Below the pieces are notes generated by a model. That model did not search any database. It saw only the letters and a program-made list of their open reading frames with translations, and was not told the origin of the DNA. A stretch of DNA of 64,000 nucleotides from an uncultured delta proteobacterium (lineage in GTDB: Bacteria > Desulfobacterota > Binatia > UBA9968). Of the stretch, positions 10,906 to 21,317 are shown one piece after another. The position numbers and the translations under genes are program-made. The stretch spans positions 401,533-465,532 of the forward strand of contig CAVYDL010000005.1 in assembly GCA_963767275.1 (NCBI GenBank), written 5' to 3'. The stretch's first letter is position 1, and each line of letters opens with the position of its first letter.

Positions 10906-10942
10906 GTGACAAAAGGCGCCGGGGTCCGTGGGACCCCGGCCG
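10906..10942 (-). terminator. rho-independent terminator after the small gene 10956..11168
   Basis: GC hairpin CCGGGGTCC-GTG-GGACCCCGG followed on the minus strand by TTTTGTC. Confidence 0.6.
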
Positions 10943-10955
10943 CGGTGGTAGGCAA

Positions 10956-11168
10956 CTAGTGGATGAGTTGGGAGAGCGGTGCAAGGATTTCTAATTCCTG
11001 ATCTAAATCGAGTGGCTGGCTGCGTTTCTTGATCATCTCCAACAGAGCCAGCTGGGCTAGATTGTAGGCGTCTTTATCGTTGTTGGAGTATTCGAATGCG
11101 ATTTCACTGGCGGCGGCGATCAAATCCCCCAAGCTGGTGTCGATTCTGCGGCTTATGGGTTTTTCCAT
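10956..11168 (-). CDS. hypothetical small protein
   Basis: 70 aa; AAAGGAG RBS 9 nt upstream; followed by a terminator hairpin. Confidence 0.5.
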   Translation of the reverse strand: MEKPISRRIDTSLGDLIAAASEIAFEYSNNDKDAYNLAQLALLEMIKKRSQPLDLDQELEILAPLSQLIH

Positions 11169-11282
11169 GGTTGGCGGCTCCTTTCTGCCTTGGTTAGTTA
11201 GACGATGGCAGCGAAAAAAGGATGTAGCTAATGGTTAAGCCAAATTTAATCTCCGCGGATGCTTGCGGCGGGCGCGCCAAGT

Positions 11283-12050
11283 TTACTCTGCCGGAGGCGG
11301 ATCGATTTCAGCCTCCTTAAGCTTACTGGCTGGCGCGAGCTTTTGGGCGTCGCGATTTTCGCTCTGGCTCAAGTAGCCGACACTGGCGAGGCGGCTCAAT
11401 ATGATATTGCGCCGGGCGGCCAAGCTGCGCTCCCTGGAGTTGCGCGGGCTCGGCAGCAGGGCGGCCAAAGTCGCGGCTTCGACCAGATCGACGGCGCCGG
11501 CGGATTTGCCGAAATAGTGGCGCGCCGCCGCTTCGACGCCGTAAATATTGTGGCCCAATTCGACGACATTCAAGTAAACCTCGAAAATGCGGCGCTTCGG
11601 CAGAGCATGTTCAAGCTGGTGAGCGATGATGATTTCCTTCAATTTGCGCAGAGGATTCTTTGACGGGCTGAGATAGAGGTTCTTGGCCAGCTGCATGGTG
11701 ATGGTGCTGCCGCCGCGACTAAAGCTCAGGGTTTCAAGATCCTTCTTGAATGCGGCCTTAAGCTCGTTGACGTCAACGCCTTTGTGACTGTAGAACCCGG
11801 CGTCCTCGCTGATCAGGACGGCTTTTTTAATATGCTCCGAGATCGCGCCGTAGGGCACCCAGATTTGTTGGCGCCGTCCCCGTGAGTTTTGCTTGTTGTA
11901 CTCTTGGTCGCGCAAGCGCATGAGCGCGGTGCTACTAGGATTCTTCTGCTTGAGCGCCGAAACGTCAGGCAACGAAAAGTAAAAATAGTAACCGGTGCCG
12001 ACCAGGAGAGTCGCGAATAGGGTGCTAACCAGGACTCTTTTCATGTTCAA
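11283..12050 (-). CDS. mtgA: monofunctional biosynthetic peptidoglycan transglycosylase
   Basis: GT51 motifs EDAGFYSHKGVD, GGSTITMQLAKN; N-terminal TM anchor. Confidence 0.85.
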   Translation of the reverse strand: MNMKRVLVSTLFATLLVGTGYYFYFSLPDVSALKQKNPSSTALMRLRDQEYNKQNSRGRRQQIWVPYGAISEHIKKAVLISEDAGFYSHKGVDVNELKAAFKKDLETLSFSRGGSTITMQLAKNLYLSPSKNPLRKLKEIIIAHQLEHALPKRRIFEVYLNVVELGHNIYGVEAAARHYFGKSAGAVDLVEAATLAALLPSPRNSRERSLAARRNIILSRLASVGYLSQSENRDAQKLAPASKLKEAEIDPPPAE

Positions 12051-13071
12051 TAAACAACTTGATAGCCTTGTCGGTCATCGACGAGGTGGGATAACGATGG
12101 AGTTGGGTCGGTACGATCCAACGCCAGCCGGGTGGCAGGCTTTGCTTCAGCGGCCAACGGTAGAGTAAGACCGGCGCATGAATGCGCCGATCGGTGATGC
12201 TATGGCGCAGTTCGCCCAAGCGCTGCGGCCGTAGACGGGTGACGGAAAGCGGTCTGAGTTGCTTGCGAATCGCCGCCTCTGGTGTTGCCGTCGCGGCGAT
12301 TTCGCCGCCGGGGAGTTCCCACAATTTAGCCAGCAAGCCGTCGGCTTGGCGGCGTCGCAGCAGTATCTTGCCGTGATAGTCGACGATCGCCAACGGCCAG
12401 GTGACGTTGCGAAAATAGGCTTTTGGCCGCGGTGCGGAATGTCGCAGCCGGTTTCGGCTCCGGCAGTCCAAAGTGAGCGGACAGTCGCCGCAGCGCGGCT
12501 CTTTCGGCGTACAGACCGTGGCGCCGAGCTCCATCAAGGCTTGGTTGAGATTTCCCGGTTGTGAGGTTTGCGCTAGTTTGCCGGCGGTCTCGCGCACCGC
12601 CGCTTCGGTGGTCGTGTTCAATAGCCGGTTAAAGACGCGCCGTACATTGCCGTCGACGGCGGGATATTTTTCGTCGAAGGCGATGCTGAGCAGCGCTCCG
12701 GCGGTGTAGTCGCCGATACCAGGGAGAGCTCGCAGCAGTTGATACTCACGCGGTAGATTGCCGCCATGGTGGGCAACGATCTGGCGCGCGGCTCTGTGTA
12801 AATTCTCGGCGCGCCGGTAGTAGCCCAGTCCTGACCACAAGCGCAGCACCCGCGGCAGCGGCGCGCCGGCGAGGGCTTGCACGGTCGGCAATGCGTCTAA
12901 GAAGCGCGCATAGTAGGGCAGCACGGTCTTTACTTGGGTTTGCTGCAGCATGGTCTCCGAGATCCAGATGGCGTAGGGATCACGCGAACGACGCCAGGGT
13001 AAATCTCGCTGATTTTTTCGATACCAGTTAAGCAGCCGGCGCCGCAGCAGAGAAAGATTTACTTCAGCCAT
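12025..13071 (-). CDS. mutY: A/G-specific adenine DNA glycosylase
   Basis: HhH-GPD fold (LPGIGDYTAG); 4Fe-4S cysteine cluster CTPKEPRCGDCPLTLDC; C-terminal NUDIX-like domain; overlaps mtgA by 26 nt. Confidence 0.85.
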   Translation of the reverse strand: MAEVNLSLLRRRLLNWYRKNQRDLPWRRSRDPYAIWISETMLQQTQVKTVLPYYARFLDALPTVQALAGAPLPRVLRLWSGLGYYRRAENLHRAARQIVAHHGGNLPREYQLLRALPGIGDYTAGALLSIAFDEKYPAVDGNVRRVFNRLLNTTTEAAVRETAGKLAQTSQPGNLNQALMELGATVCTPKEPRCGDCPLTLDCRSRNRLRHSAPRPKAYFRNVTWPLAIVDYHGKILLRRRQADGLLAKLWELPGGEIAATATPEAAIRKQLRPLSVTRLRPQRLGELRHSITDRRIHAPVLLYRWPLKQSLPPGWRWIVPTQLHRYPTSSMTDKAIKLFIEHEKSPG

Positions 13072-13146
13072 GAATGCAGTCGGGCGGGGTTTCAGTTATA
13101 ACGCACTGTAAATGAAATCAGCTTTGAAGGGAACTCGCTGCGCGCC

Positions 13147-14013
13147 GTGCTGCCAATTTTATTTGGGCTGTTAACTTCACTTTGCTTCGCGGTGGCGAGT
13201 TTGCTGGCGCAACGCGGCTATCATATCGGGCCGGCGCCCTGGGGCGCGTGGATCACCATCGCCGCCAACGCCGCGTTTCTCTTGGGCGGCCATTTACTGA
13301 TCGAGGGCGACACGCGAATTTTCATAGCCGACAACTTGATCTTCGTTGCCGTCGGTCTGTTCGTCCCGGGAGTCACCCGGGTGCTGAGCTTTCGCGGCAT
13401 CCGCACCATGGGCAGCTCGATCACCTCCACCATCGTCAATACCACGCCGATGTTTTCCACCGTATTGGCGATGCTCATACTTGGCGAGCGACCGAGCGCG
13501 TTGGTCCTCGGCGGTGTGCTGCTGACCGTCGGCGGATTGATCACCGTGTCCTGGGGCGGCGAGAAAGCGTCCTATTCAAAGATCGAACTGGTGTTTCCGT
13601 TTCTCTGCGCATTGTTGTTCGCGATGAAAGATATTTCGGTGCGCTGGGGCTTGAGCGGCGGCGGTGGCCAGCCGATCCTCGCCGCTGGAATCGCGGCGCT
13701 GACTTCTACCGTCGAAATTTTTCTGGTTACGCGTTATGGCCAGGGGGTGAAGTTCGCGCTGCCGCGCTTGCCGGTGTTGCGCTGGTTCGTCTGGTCGGGA
13801 ATTTTTACCGGTGGCGCGTTTTTATTCATGTACATCGCCTTCAGCCTGGAGCGGGTATCGATCGTCGCGCCGCTGGTGAACAGCTACACGGTCTTCGTTG
13901 CCATGCTCACACCGTTCATGGCGCGCCAGATCGAAAAGCTGACGCCGCGCAAACTGGCTGGCGCTGCTTTGGTGGTTGCCGGGATTTTTGCGGTGTCGCT
14001 CGGCAAGGATTAG
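13147..14013 (+). CDS. EamA/DMT family transporter
   Basis: 288 aa, 10 TM; two EamA-like halves. Confidence 0.7.
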   Translation: MLPILFGLLTSLCFAVASLLAQRGYHIGPAPWGAWITIAANAAFLLGGHLLIEGDTRIFIADNLIFVAVGLFVPGVTRVLSFRGIRTMGSSITSTIVNTTPMFSTVLAMLILGERPSALVLGGVLLTVGGLITVSWGGEKASYSKIELVFPFLCALLFAMKDISVRWGLSGGGGQPILAAGIAALTSTVEIFLVTRYGQGVKFALPRLPVLRWFVWSGIFTGGAFLFMYIAFSLERVSIVAPLVNSYTVFVAMLTPFMARQIEKLTPRKLAGAALVVAGIFAVSLGKD

Positions 14014-14068
14014 AGCGTCTAGGGTCGGCGATGGAATCTAGCGATCTTCCACCGACTATCGCCATTGT

Positions 14069-14473
14069 CTATTTACTTCCGACACCGCCGACAGTCATAG
14101 ATAGGACAGTGTCCGTGTCTTGCTTGCTGACGCCGATGAGCAGGGTCGTGCCCTCTTTGCTGTAGGCAAGCATGGCGCCGCCGCTAAGTAGCTTCAGGTT
14201 TTCCTGCCAGCCACGCGCCGGCAGTTCCTTTTTGTAAAACTCGACGAGTTCGGCGCTCTCCATGGTGCCATGAAAGGTCGCTTGGCCGGCGCCAAATCCT
14301 AGGATCGATACCTCCAAAGGTTTTTCCGCGCTCTTCTTCATGGCGCTCGGCACGGGAACGGTTATGCCGCCGATGGTTTCGTCCCGTGAGCCAGCGCAGG
14401 AGCTGGCCAATATGACCAGCAAGAGGACGGTATGTGAAAAACGGAACTGTGTGGAATTCAATCTCGAGCGCAT
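14069..14473 (-). CDS. hypothetical lipoprotein
   Basis: Signal peptide plus lipobox LASSC. Confidence 0.5.
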   Translation of the reverse strand: MRSRLNSTQFRFSHTVLLLVILASSCAGSRDETIGGITVPVPSAMKKSAEKPLEVSILGFGAGQATFHGTMESAELVEFYKKELPARGWQENLKLLSGGAMLAYSKEGTTLLIGVSKQDTDTVLSMTVGGVGSK

Positions 14474-14514
14474 CGGACCTCCGGAAACTCCAACTCAATC
14501 TGGCAAACCATGAT

Positions 14515-15696
14515 TTATGAATTGGCCTCCGGCGGCACCGGCAGGCCGACAAAAAACCACAGGATCAGCAAAGCAACGCCGACGAATTCGGGCAGCGCCG
14601 GCGAGATATGGGTCAATGCGCCGCCGAGCATGCCGCCGAGGGACGAGCCGATGAAACCGAAAGAGTTGTAAACGCCACTCGCGGTGCCCCGTCCGCCGGC
14701 GGGCACTTGATGGGTGAGAAACGTTGGTAGCATCGGCTGGTAGATGCTGTAGCCGAAGAAATACGCCGCGCCGCTGATATAAAGAAGCAGCTCGTATTGG
14801 GCATTGGCGCCGACCAAATAAATCGCGTAGCCCACCGTCGCCGCGAACCAGCCGATCATGATCGGCCGGCGAAAGCGTCCGGCTTTTTCGGCGCGGCGCA
14901 TATAGGGGAAGACTAACAAGACGCTGGGCAGAAAAATGATCGAATAGACCTGCCAAAGGTTGGCCTTTTCGAAACCGATTTCGGTCCAGCTTAACGGGTA
15001 GGTGAAGAAAAATAAATTCAAGGTAAAGGAAAGCACGAAAGCGGCCGTGAATATCGGACGCAATTTCTCTTGGGCGAGAACCGCTTTGAACGTAATCGGC
15101 GTTTCGGCGCTGGCGCCGCGCCGATCGGGGGGAAATGACGTAGCGGTCAGGATCATGGCGAGAAATCCCAGCCCCGCCAACAGGTAGAACAAACCGTTGA
15201 GGCCGATGGTAGCGGCGAGCAGCGGCCCGGCGAGCAGGCCGATCATGAACGACGCGCCGATGGCGATGCCGGTGATGGTGTAAGCTTGAGCGCGCACGCT
15301 TGGCCGAGTGAGATCGGCGAGCACCGCGAAGGCGACGGCGCCTACCGCGCCGGTGCCCTGGAGAGCGCGCGCTAAAATGAGACCATAGATGTCGGTTGCC
15401 CAGGCGCAGGCGATACTGCCGAGGCTAAAAAGCAGCAGGCCGACGAGGAGCACGGGTTTGCGTCCCCAACGGTCGCTTGCCCAACCGAGCGGAATCTGGA
15501 AGACACACTGAATCAGCGCGTATATGCCGAAGGCGACGCCGGCGAGGCCGGCCGATGCGCCCGGATAGCGCACCGCATAGGCACTGAAGATCGGCAGCAT
15601 GAGGAAAATCCCGAGCAAGCGCAGCGCCGAGATCAAGCTGACGGTAATAACCGGCGCGATCTCTTCGCGCGTGAAGGAGTGAGCACTATCAGCCAA
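14515..15696 (-). CDS. MFS transporter
   Basis: 393 aa, 12 TM; motif GWASDRWGRKP. Confidence 0.75.
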   Translation of the reverse strand: MADSAHSFTREEIAPVITVSLISALRLLGIFLMLPIFSAYAVRYPGASAGLAGVAFGIYALIQCVFQIPLGWASDRWGRKPVLLVGLLLFSLGSIACAWATDIYGLILARALQGTGAVGAVAFAVLADLTRPSVRAQAYTITGIAIGASFMIGLLAGPLLAATIGLNGLFYLLAGLGFLAMILTATSFPPDRRGASAETPITFKAVLAQEKLRPIFTAAFVLSFTLNLFFFTYPLSWTEIGFEKANLWQVYSIIFLPSVLLVFPYMRRAEKAGRFRRPIMIGWFAATVGYAIYLVGANAQYELLLYISGAAYFFGYSIYQPMLPTFLTHQVPAGGRGTASGVYNSFGFIGSSLGGMLGGALTHISPALPEFVGVALLILWFFVGLPVPPEANS

Positions 15697-16026
15697 TGTG
15701 AAGCGTGATCTCCGATGCCGTTGGGATAGACCGTTAAATTACATGCTTTGCCGGAAATAGGAAGAGGGCGTCGTTGGCGATGCCGTCAGATTAACGCTTT
15801 TTGCACCATGGCAATTATCTTCATTCGAACTCCATACTACGATCCGTGATAGTTTGCGTGGCTTGCGCAGTTACTCGATACGTTAAGAGGAGAGCGCGGG
15901 TTTTCAAGCCTGCCGCGATAACTGCCGATGCTTTTTTGCGCCTCTGCGTTCTTTGGCGATTGTTATTTTCGCTTGCGGCTTGCCGCGCTAGACTCTTCGT
16001 GCTCTCCCGGTGAATGCCTCGAAGAT

Positions 16027-16920
16027 TCATGCCGGCGTTGCCGGAACCGTGCCTTTGGTTGCGGCGCGGCGCGGCGCGTTGGCTAGTTCGACGCCTTCAC
16101 TGTCGAAGGCCTTCTTTAGGCGGCGGCGATATTCGCGGCCGATCGCATACTGCTGGGCGGGTTGGGTTTTGAACCGCGCCTTGATCGTTACGGCGGCCTC
16201 GGTGAAGCTGTCGACGCCGTAAATTTCGATGGGTTCGATCATCGCCCGGCCGTATTCCGGCTCTTTTCGCATGTCGTCCGCGACTCGCCGCATGATATCG
16301 ACGATGCGGTCGGTATCTTCGTTGTAGGAGACGGTGACGTCGATGACATACGCCGACCAGTCCATGGTGGCGTTGGCCAGGGTCGTGATCGAGCCGTTGG
16401 GAAAGACATAGACGACTCCCGATTGATCCCGTAAAGCGACGGTGCGGAAGGTAACTTCTTCGACCGTACCGCCGGTGCCGTTGACGATCGCGATATCGCC
16501 GACCCGAATCTGATTCTCGAGCAGGAGAAAAAAACCGCTGACCAGATCGCGCACCAGATGCTGGGCGCCGAAGCCGACGGCGAGGCCGACGACACCCGCC
16601 CCGGCAAGGATCGGGCCGATGTTGACGCCGATCTGGCTGAGCGTAATCAATACCACGACAAACCACAGCAGTCCGCTGCTGATGGTCCAGAGCACGCTCG
16701 ATAAAGTCTTGATGCGTTTGGCGGCGGCGCCCGGATAGATCTCGTCGTAACTGGTGGTGCGGATCAGGAATGCTTCAAATTGCCTTAAGGCAGCGCGCAG
16801 TAGTTTGACGACGACATAGGCGGCGGCCACGATCACCGCAATCCGGATGGTCCCTTGGACGGCGTTAACCCCGACGGCCATGATCCTCATGACGAAAGAC
16901 TCCCAGGCGATTGGCGACAT
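16027..16920 (-). CDS. mechanosensitive ion channel, MscS family
   Basis: Three TM helices then an MscS beta domain (LENQIRVGDIAIVNGTGGTVEEVTFRTVALRD); likely start MSPIAWESF at 16920. Confidence 0.8.
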   Translation of the reverse strand: MSPIAWESFVMRIMAVGVNAVQGTIRIAVIVAAAYVVVKLLRAALRQFEAFLIRTTSYDEIYPGAAAKRIKTLSSVLWTISSGLLWFVVVLITLSQIGVNIGPILAGAGVVGLAVGFGAQHLVRDLVSGFFLLLENQIRVGDIAIVNGTGGTVEEVTFRTVALRDQSGVVYVFPNGSITTLANATMDWSAYVIDVTVSYNEDTDRIVDIMRRVADDMRKEPEYGRAMIEPIEIYGVDSFTEAAVTIKARFKTQPAQQYAIGREYRRRLKKAFDSEGVELANAPRRAATKGTVPATPA

Positions 16921-17219
16921 GTTGGTTTCCCCCTTGAGCGATAGTGCTGGAACTTTTGTCGCAAGAAATCGGTGCGGATACCAGGCCGAGCGGCCAATCG
17001 GTCGGTGAAACATTTCTTGACTGGTAGTCAGCCTGGAAAAAGTTTGCTCGAATCCTCAAGTTGGCGGAGGGATTTCCGCCAGAAGCAATCGAGTGACAAA
17101 CCGTCGATGAGAGTTACCGATGTTCCGGCGCCAGAGGGGTTCTTGCGCTACGGGGAAACATAGGGATACGCTCGAATGCCTGACATGAGTTTCATGTTGG
17201 AGACCACGTAGAGATTAGC

Positions 17220-17621
17220 ATGCGTTCCCTGGTTCTGGCTTTCGTTCTCATCGCCGCGAGCGTTCTAAACTCACACGCGCAACCTCATCCGCTGGTCGGC
17301 ACTTGGCGATCCTCGGCGATTACTCAGGCCGGCGAGCAGCAAGTCGAAATCGTGATTCAAGCCAACGGAACCTATAGCCAACAGTGGCGCGGCCGGAACG
17401 TCTTGAACACCTACACCGGCCGGTGGCGAGTGTTGGACGGTGGGCTCGTCCGTTTCGATATTAACGACTGGCAGCCCAAAGAATGGTGCGGGCCTCTCGG
17501 CTGCACCAAGATCCTGCGCCCGCCAGGCACTACGGCTCGCATCCAATTTCAGGGAGCGAACCGCTTCCGAGCGACGCCCATGGATGGGAGCGCGAGTTTA
17601 GTCTATCAACGGGCGGGCTAG
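17220..17621 (+). CDS. secreted hypothetical protein
   Basis: Signal peptide MRSLVLAFVLIAASVLNSHA. Confidence 0.5.
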   Translation: MRSLVLAFVLIAASVLNSHAQPHPLVGTWRSSAITQAGEQQVEIVIQANGTYSQQWRGRNVLNTYTGRWRVLDGGLVRFDINDWQPKEWCGPLGCTKILRPPGTTARIQFQGANRFRATPMDGSASLVYQRAG

Positions 17622-17843
17622 ACGGCATTGGTTTGCGATGGGGCGGTATCGTACGCAGCGGTAGAATAGAGGTTCGGTCTCGTTTCATCGTCTTAGCAGG
17701 TGATCCACCATCTATCTCCTCCGAGCTGCGGTGCGACGGGTAGCGAAATAGTCGGCTGCTGGACGCGGCACTTTCGATGCAGCGCCGGCAGTTGGTTTTG
17801 CTTCCCGTCTCAGAGCCTCATAACCGGGCGACGCCGACAAGGC

Positions 17844-18647
17844 CTAAGGCGACTGCGGCGAATTCGACCGGCTGAGTAACGCATGGGCGCTTTCGAGCCC
17901 AGGATCGTTGGCGATAAGCCGGCAGAAATTGCTATGCACCAGCGATTCTATTTTCTCCGGATTCGTTTGACGCAATATCGCCAGCGCCTCGACGACGTCG
18001 TTGAGCGCTGCCGGCATGCCGACCTCATCGTTTTTCTTCAACCACCTGAGCGCGCCGGGATTATCCGTTTCGGTGAGCAATAAATGATCGGGCACCGCCT
18101 TGGCGATTTCTTTGATGTAGTCGGAATAAAGTACTTCGACGCCGATGGTAAAATAACAGCCGAAGTCGATCATCGCGGCTAGAACATCCATCGGTCCGGA
18201 GTACCAATGGACGATGGCGCGGCGGACGTCATACTTTTCCAATAGATCGAGAATTTCTTTTTCACCGGCTTTGGTGTGCAGATTGACAAACTTGTTTTGT
18301 TCGCCGGCGGCGGCGATGAAGTAGGCCAAGACTTTTCGCTGCGCCGGATAGGTCGTTGCGTCTTTCACCCAATGGAGATCCAGACCGATCTCGCCGATGG
18401 CAGGGCTTCTCTCTATATGACGGCTGAGGTCCGCTAAACAATCCGCGTATTCGGCAGCGCGCCGGGGATGGATGCCGAAGGTTGGCAGAACCAGCTCGGA
18501 GCGCTCACCGATCTTTTGCAGCTCCAAGTAGGACGGCACATCCATCGCCGTGGCGACGGTAAAGATTTGCTGTTCGGCGATCTGCTGTAGCGCGCGATCG
18601 AGTAGAGCGCCGTATTTATCCAAATGAACGTGGGCATCGATGAGCAT
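17844..18647 (-). CDS. TatD family hydrolase
   Basis: Starts MLIDAHVHLD; TatD metal-binding motifs (EIGLDLHW, HTK, TETD). Confidence 0.75.
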   Translation of the reverse strand: MLIDAHVHLDKYGALLDRALQQIAEQQIFTVATAMDVPSYLELQKIGERSELVLPTFGIHPRRAAEYADCLADLSRHIERSPAIGEIGLDLHWVKDATTYPAQRKVLAYFIAAAGEQNKFVNLHTKAGEKEILDLLEKYDVRRAIVHWYSGPMDVLAAMIDFGCYFTIGVEVLYSDYIKEIAKAVPDHLLLTETDNPGALRWLKKNDEVGMPAALNDVVEALAILRQTNPEKIESLVHSNFCRLIANDPGLESAHALLSRSNSPQSP

Positions 18648-18786
18648 GGTTGTTTCCGTGTTGGGTTGGCAATCGGCGGCGATCATAATTCCCGCCGCGG
18701 CTGTGCGCAAGCGTGTAGGTCAACGCCTTGAGCCGGTTTGACCCAGCGTGTATCATCCGGCGATGTTTGCCGTGTAAGGAATTAAC

Positions 18787-19746
18787 TTGATGAAGATTTT
18801 CGTTGTTTTGTTGCTTCTGCTCGCCGCCGCGGTGCCTTGCCAAGCGCGCAAGGTGTCGGTGGCTATTCCGGTCGTCGACGTGACCCAGAGTGCGCTTTAT
18901 GTCGCGCGCGACCGCGGCTACTTTCACAAGGAAGGGCTCGAAGTCGACTTCGTGTTGATGCGCGGCGGGCTGGCGAACCAGGCGTTGATCACCGGCAATG
19001 TCGATTTCACCACGGTGCCGACGGCGGCGCTGCAAGCGGGTCTGCAGGGCGCGCCGGTGAAGGTATTGCTCAGCACTTTTCACAAGCCGATGTTCTGGCT
19101 GTATGCGCGCCCGGCGATTCGCACGGCCAAGGATCTGAGCGGCAAAAAGGTCGCGGTGTCGAGCTTGGGCGCGGCGGGGGACTCGGCGCTACGCGAGTGG
19201 CTCAAGAATAACGGCATGGATGAAAATCGCGAAGTGGCGATCCTCGCCATCGGCACCACGGCGACGCGGCTTGCCTCTCTCGCCACCGGGGTCGTCGACG
19301 CCGCGATGATGACCTTTCCGCATAATATCACCGCCGCCGAGCAGGGCTTTCGCGAGCTGATATCGTTCATCGCCTCGGATATCATCCAGTTACAGGGCGC
19401 CATCGTGACCCATGACGGCCTGCTAAAATCGGATCCGAGCACGGTCGAGAAGTTTCTTCGCGCGACGATTCGCGGGCTGATTTACTACTCGACCAATCGT
19501 AGCGGCGCCGTGCCAATCCTGGCGCGCAACGCCAGGTCGTCGGAAGATCTGGCGGGCAAGGTTTATGATCTGGTCAAACCGGCGCTGACGCCGGACGGGA
19601 TTCTCAACGACGATTTGCAAAAGCGCGTCATGAGCCCGCTGTTGGAGCGGGTCGGGCGCAAGGATGTTGCTATCGCCAGGTTTTTTGATTTTGCTCTAGC
19701 GCGCAAGATCAATGCGGAGCTCAAGGCCGAGGGGTCAAAGCCTTAG
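18787..19746 (+). CDS. ABC-type substrate-binding protein, NMT1/THI5-like (SsuA/TauA/NitT family)
   Basis: Signal peptide; class II SBP fold similar to sulfonate/nitrate SBPs; no permease or ATPase adjacent. Confidence 0.7.
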   Translation: MMKIFVVLLLLLAAAVPCQARKVSVAIPVVDVTQSALYVARDRGYFHKEGLEVDFVLMRGGLANQALITGNVDFTTVPTAALQAGLQGAPVKVLLSTFHKPMFWLYARPAIRTAKDLSGKKVAVSSLGAAGDSALREWLKNNGMDENREVAILAIGTTATRLASLATGVVDAAMMTFPHNITAAEQGFRELISFIASDIIQLQGAIVTHDGLLKSDPSTVEKFLRATIRGLIYYSTNRSGAVPILARNARSSEDLAGKVYDLVKPALTPDGILNDDLQKRVMSPLLERVGRKDVAIARFFDFALARKINAELKAEGSKP

Positions 19747-19751
19747 GCCGA

Positions 19752-19797
19752 TCGTTCAAATCGTTAGATCGCTACGCTCCGTTCAAGCCGTTCACAA
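19752..19797. repeat. GTTCAA hexamer-cluster repeat (degenerate)
   Basis: gttcaa-atc-gttaga...gttcaa-gcc-gttcac between convergent SBP and Rieske genes. Confidence 0.6.
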
Positions 19798-19840
19798 GGT
19801 TTTCGCAGCGCCGGGCCGTAGCATTTTCCTGCACAGACAA

Positions 19841-21118
19841 TCAGCGCAGAACTTCGAGCCTGCTCTTCCAGTGCTCCTGCCAGTCGGCGCCGGGGGCGAG
19901 AACTTCGGACTCCACAGTGAGTTGCGGGAAGCGGTTGGCATCCGGCGCACGGATGACATGGGGCCCTTCGCGGCCGGCTTCGACGTCGCGGATCGCCCGC
20001 AAGAGCTGGCGGCGCGCGACGATGATGGCTTTGTCGCTAGGGCCTAGGAATTCCTTGCTGCGGTCGACGATCTCGCCGCAGCCTTCGACGATGGCGACAT
20101 CGTGCACATTGAAGATCCGTCCCATGCCGGAGAAGCTCCAGTTCTTCATCGCTTCGCGGTCCTGCAGGTAGCGGTTGCTTTTGTTGCGTTTAGGCCGGTA
20201 GCCGGGGCCGAGCTCGTCCAAGATTTCCCGATCGCGCTCGATGTCGCGCTGCTCCATGGGCGCGCTGCGGCGGAACACGAAGTCGTAGCGCCAATGGTGC
20301 GTGTCGTCGATGGGAACATGCCAGTAAAGATTATAACCGTCGCCCGACATCGGACCCGGGATCGTCGCCTTGTTGGGAAACACGTAGTTGGTGACGCGGA
20401 AAAAAGTCCGTCCGTCGACGTCGCGCAGGGAAAAGATGCGCACGCCGTAATCGGTTTCTTCGGCGTCGATGCGCGGCGCCATGTCGGCGTCATAGAGCGC
20501 TAGAGGCAGCTTGCCGTCGCTGCCGGTGACGGTGCGTTTCAAATTATCCGGCACGTTGGCTTGGCGGTGCAGATAGGAAACATGACTGGGGTCGAGATTT
20601 CCTTCGTTGGCCTGAAAGAAATTGCACTCATGATAGAACTTGGAGGCCAGCACATGGCCCGCCGGCGCCACCAGCGGTTCATAGTTGGGCAGGAGCGGCG
20701 GCTCGCCCGGTCCCAGGTAGGCGAAGACAGCGCCGGCGCGTTCCTGGCAGGGGTAGGCGGGATGGCGCACCTTCTCGCAAAAGCGCCGGTCCGGCGGTTC
20801 GCAGGGCTGTTCGATGCAGCGGCCTTGACGGTCGAACAACCAGCCGTGATACAGGCAGCGCAGGCCGCCGTCTTCCACACGGCCATAGCTCAAGTCGGCG
20901 CGTCGGTGCGAGCAGTATTGGCCGATCAAACCGAGCTGGCCGTCGTTGCCGCGAAACAGAACCAGATCTTCGCTCATGATCTTGACCGGCAGCGGCGCGC
21001 CGTCACGCGGCAGCTCCTCGACGAGGGCGACAGGGTGCCAATGGCGCCGCAATAAATTTCCTCCCGGCGTGCCGGGACCGGTGTGGGTGATTAGGTTGTT
21101 GTCTTCCTGGGAAAGCAT
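19841..21118 (-). CDS. Rieske [2Fe-2S] non-heme iron oxygenase, alpha subunit (phthalate-family, alpha-only type)
   Basis: Rieske motif CSHRRADLSYG...CLYHGW; C-terminal catalytic domain. Confidence 0.75.
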   Translation of the reverse strand: MLSQEDNNLITHTGPGTPGGNLLRRHWHPVALVEELPRDGAPLPVKIMSEDLVLFRGNDGQLGLIGQYCSHRRADLSYGRVEDGGLRCLYHGWLFDRQGRCIEQPCEPPDRRFCEKVRHPAYPCQERAGAVFAYLGPGEPPLLPNYEPLVAPAGHVLASKFYHECNFFQANEGNLDPSHVSYLHRQANVPDNLKRTVTGSDGKLPLALYDADMAPRIDAEETDYGVRIFSLRDVDGRTFFRVTNYVFPNKATIPGPMSGDGYNLYWHVPIDDTHHWRYDFVFRRSAPMEQRDIERDREILDELGPGYRPKRNKSNRYLQDREAMKNWSFSGMGRIFNVHDVAIVEGCGEIVDRSKEFLGPSDKAIIVARRQLLRAIRDVEAGREGPHVIRAPDANRFPQLTVESEVLAPGADWQEHWKSRLEVLR

Positions 21119-21317
21119 CTGGTCATTTCCGATTTTAGTCTGGGGCGCCGCTGTTCAATTATCGAAGTGGTTTTATCACCATTCCTGCATTGGTCGCAAT
21201 CATCGTTGGTCTGCCATTTTATCTGGCGGCGACTGGCGATCGTCTTTATAGCTAATCACGGAACAGGTTGCAGAGCGGTCTTCAATTCAATAGAAAAGTG
21301 ACGTGAAATAAACGGGG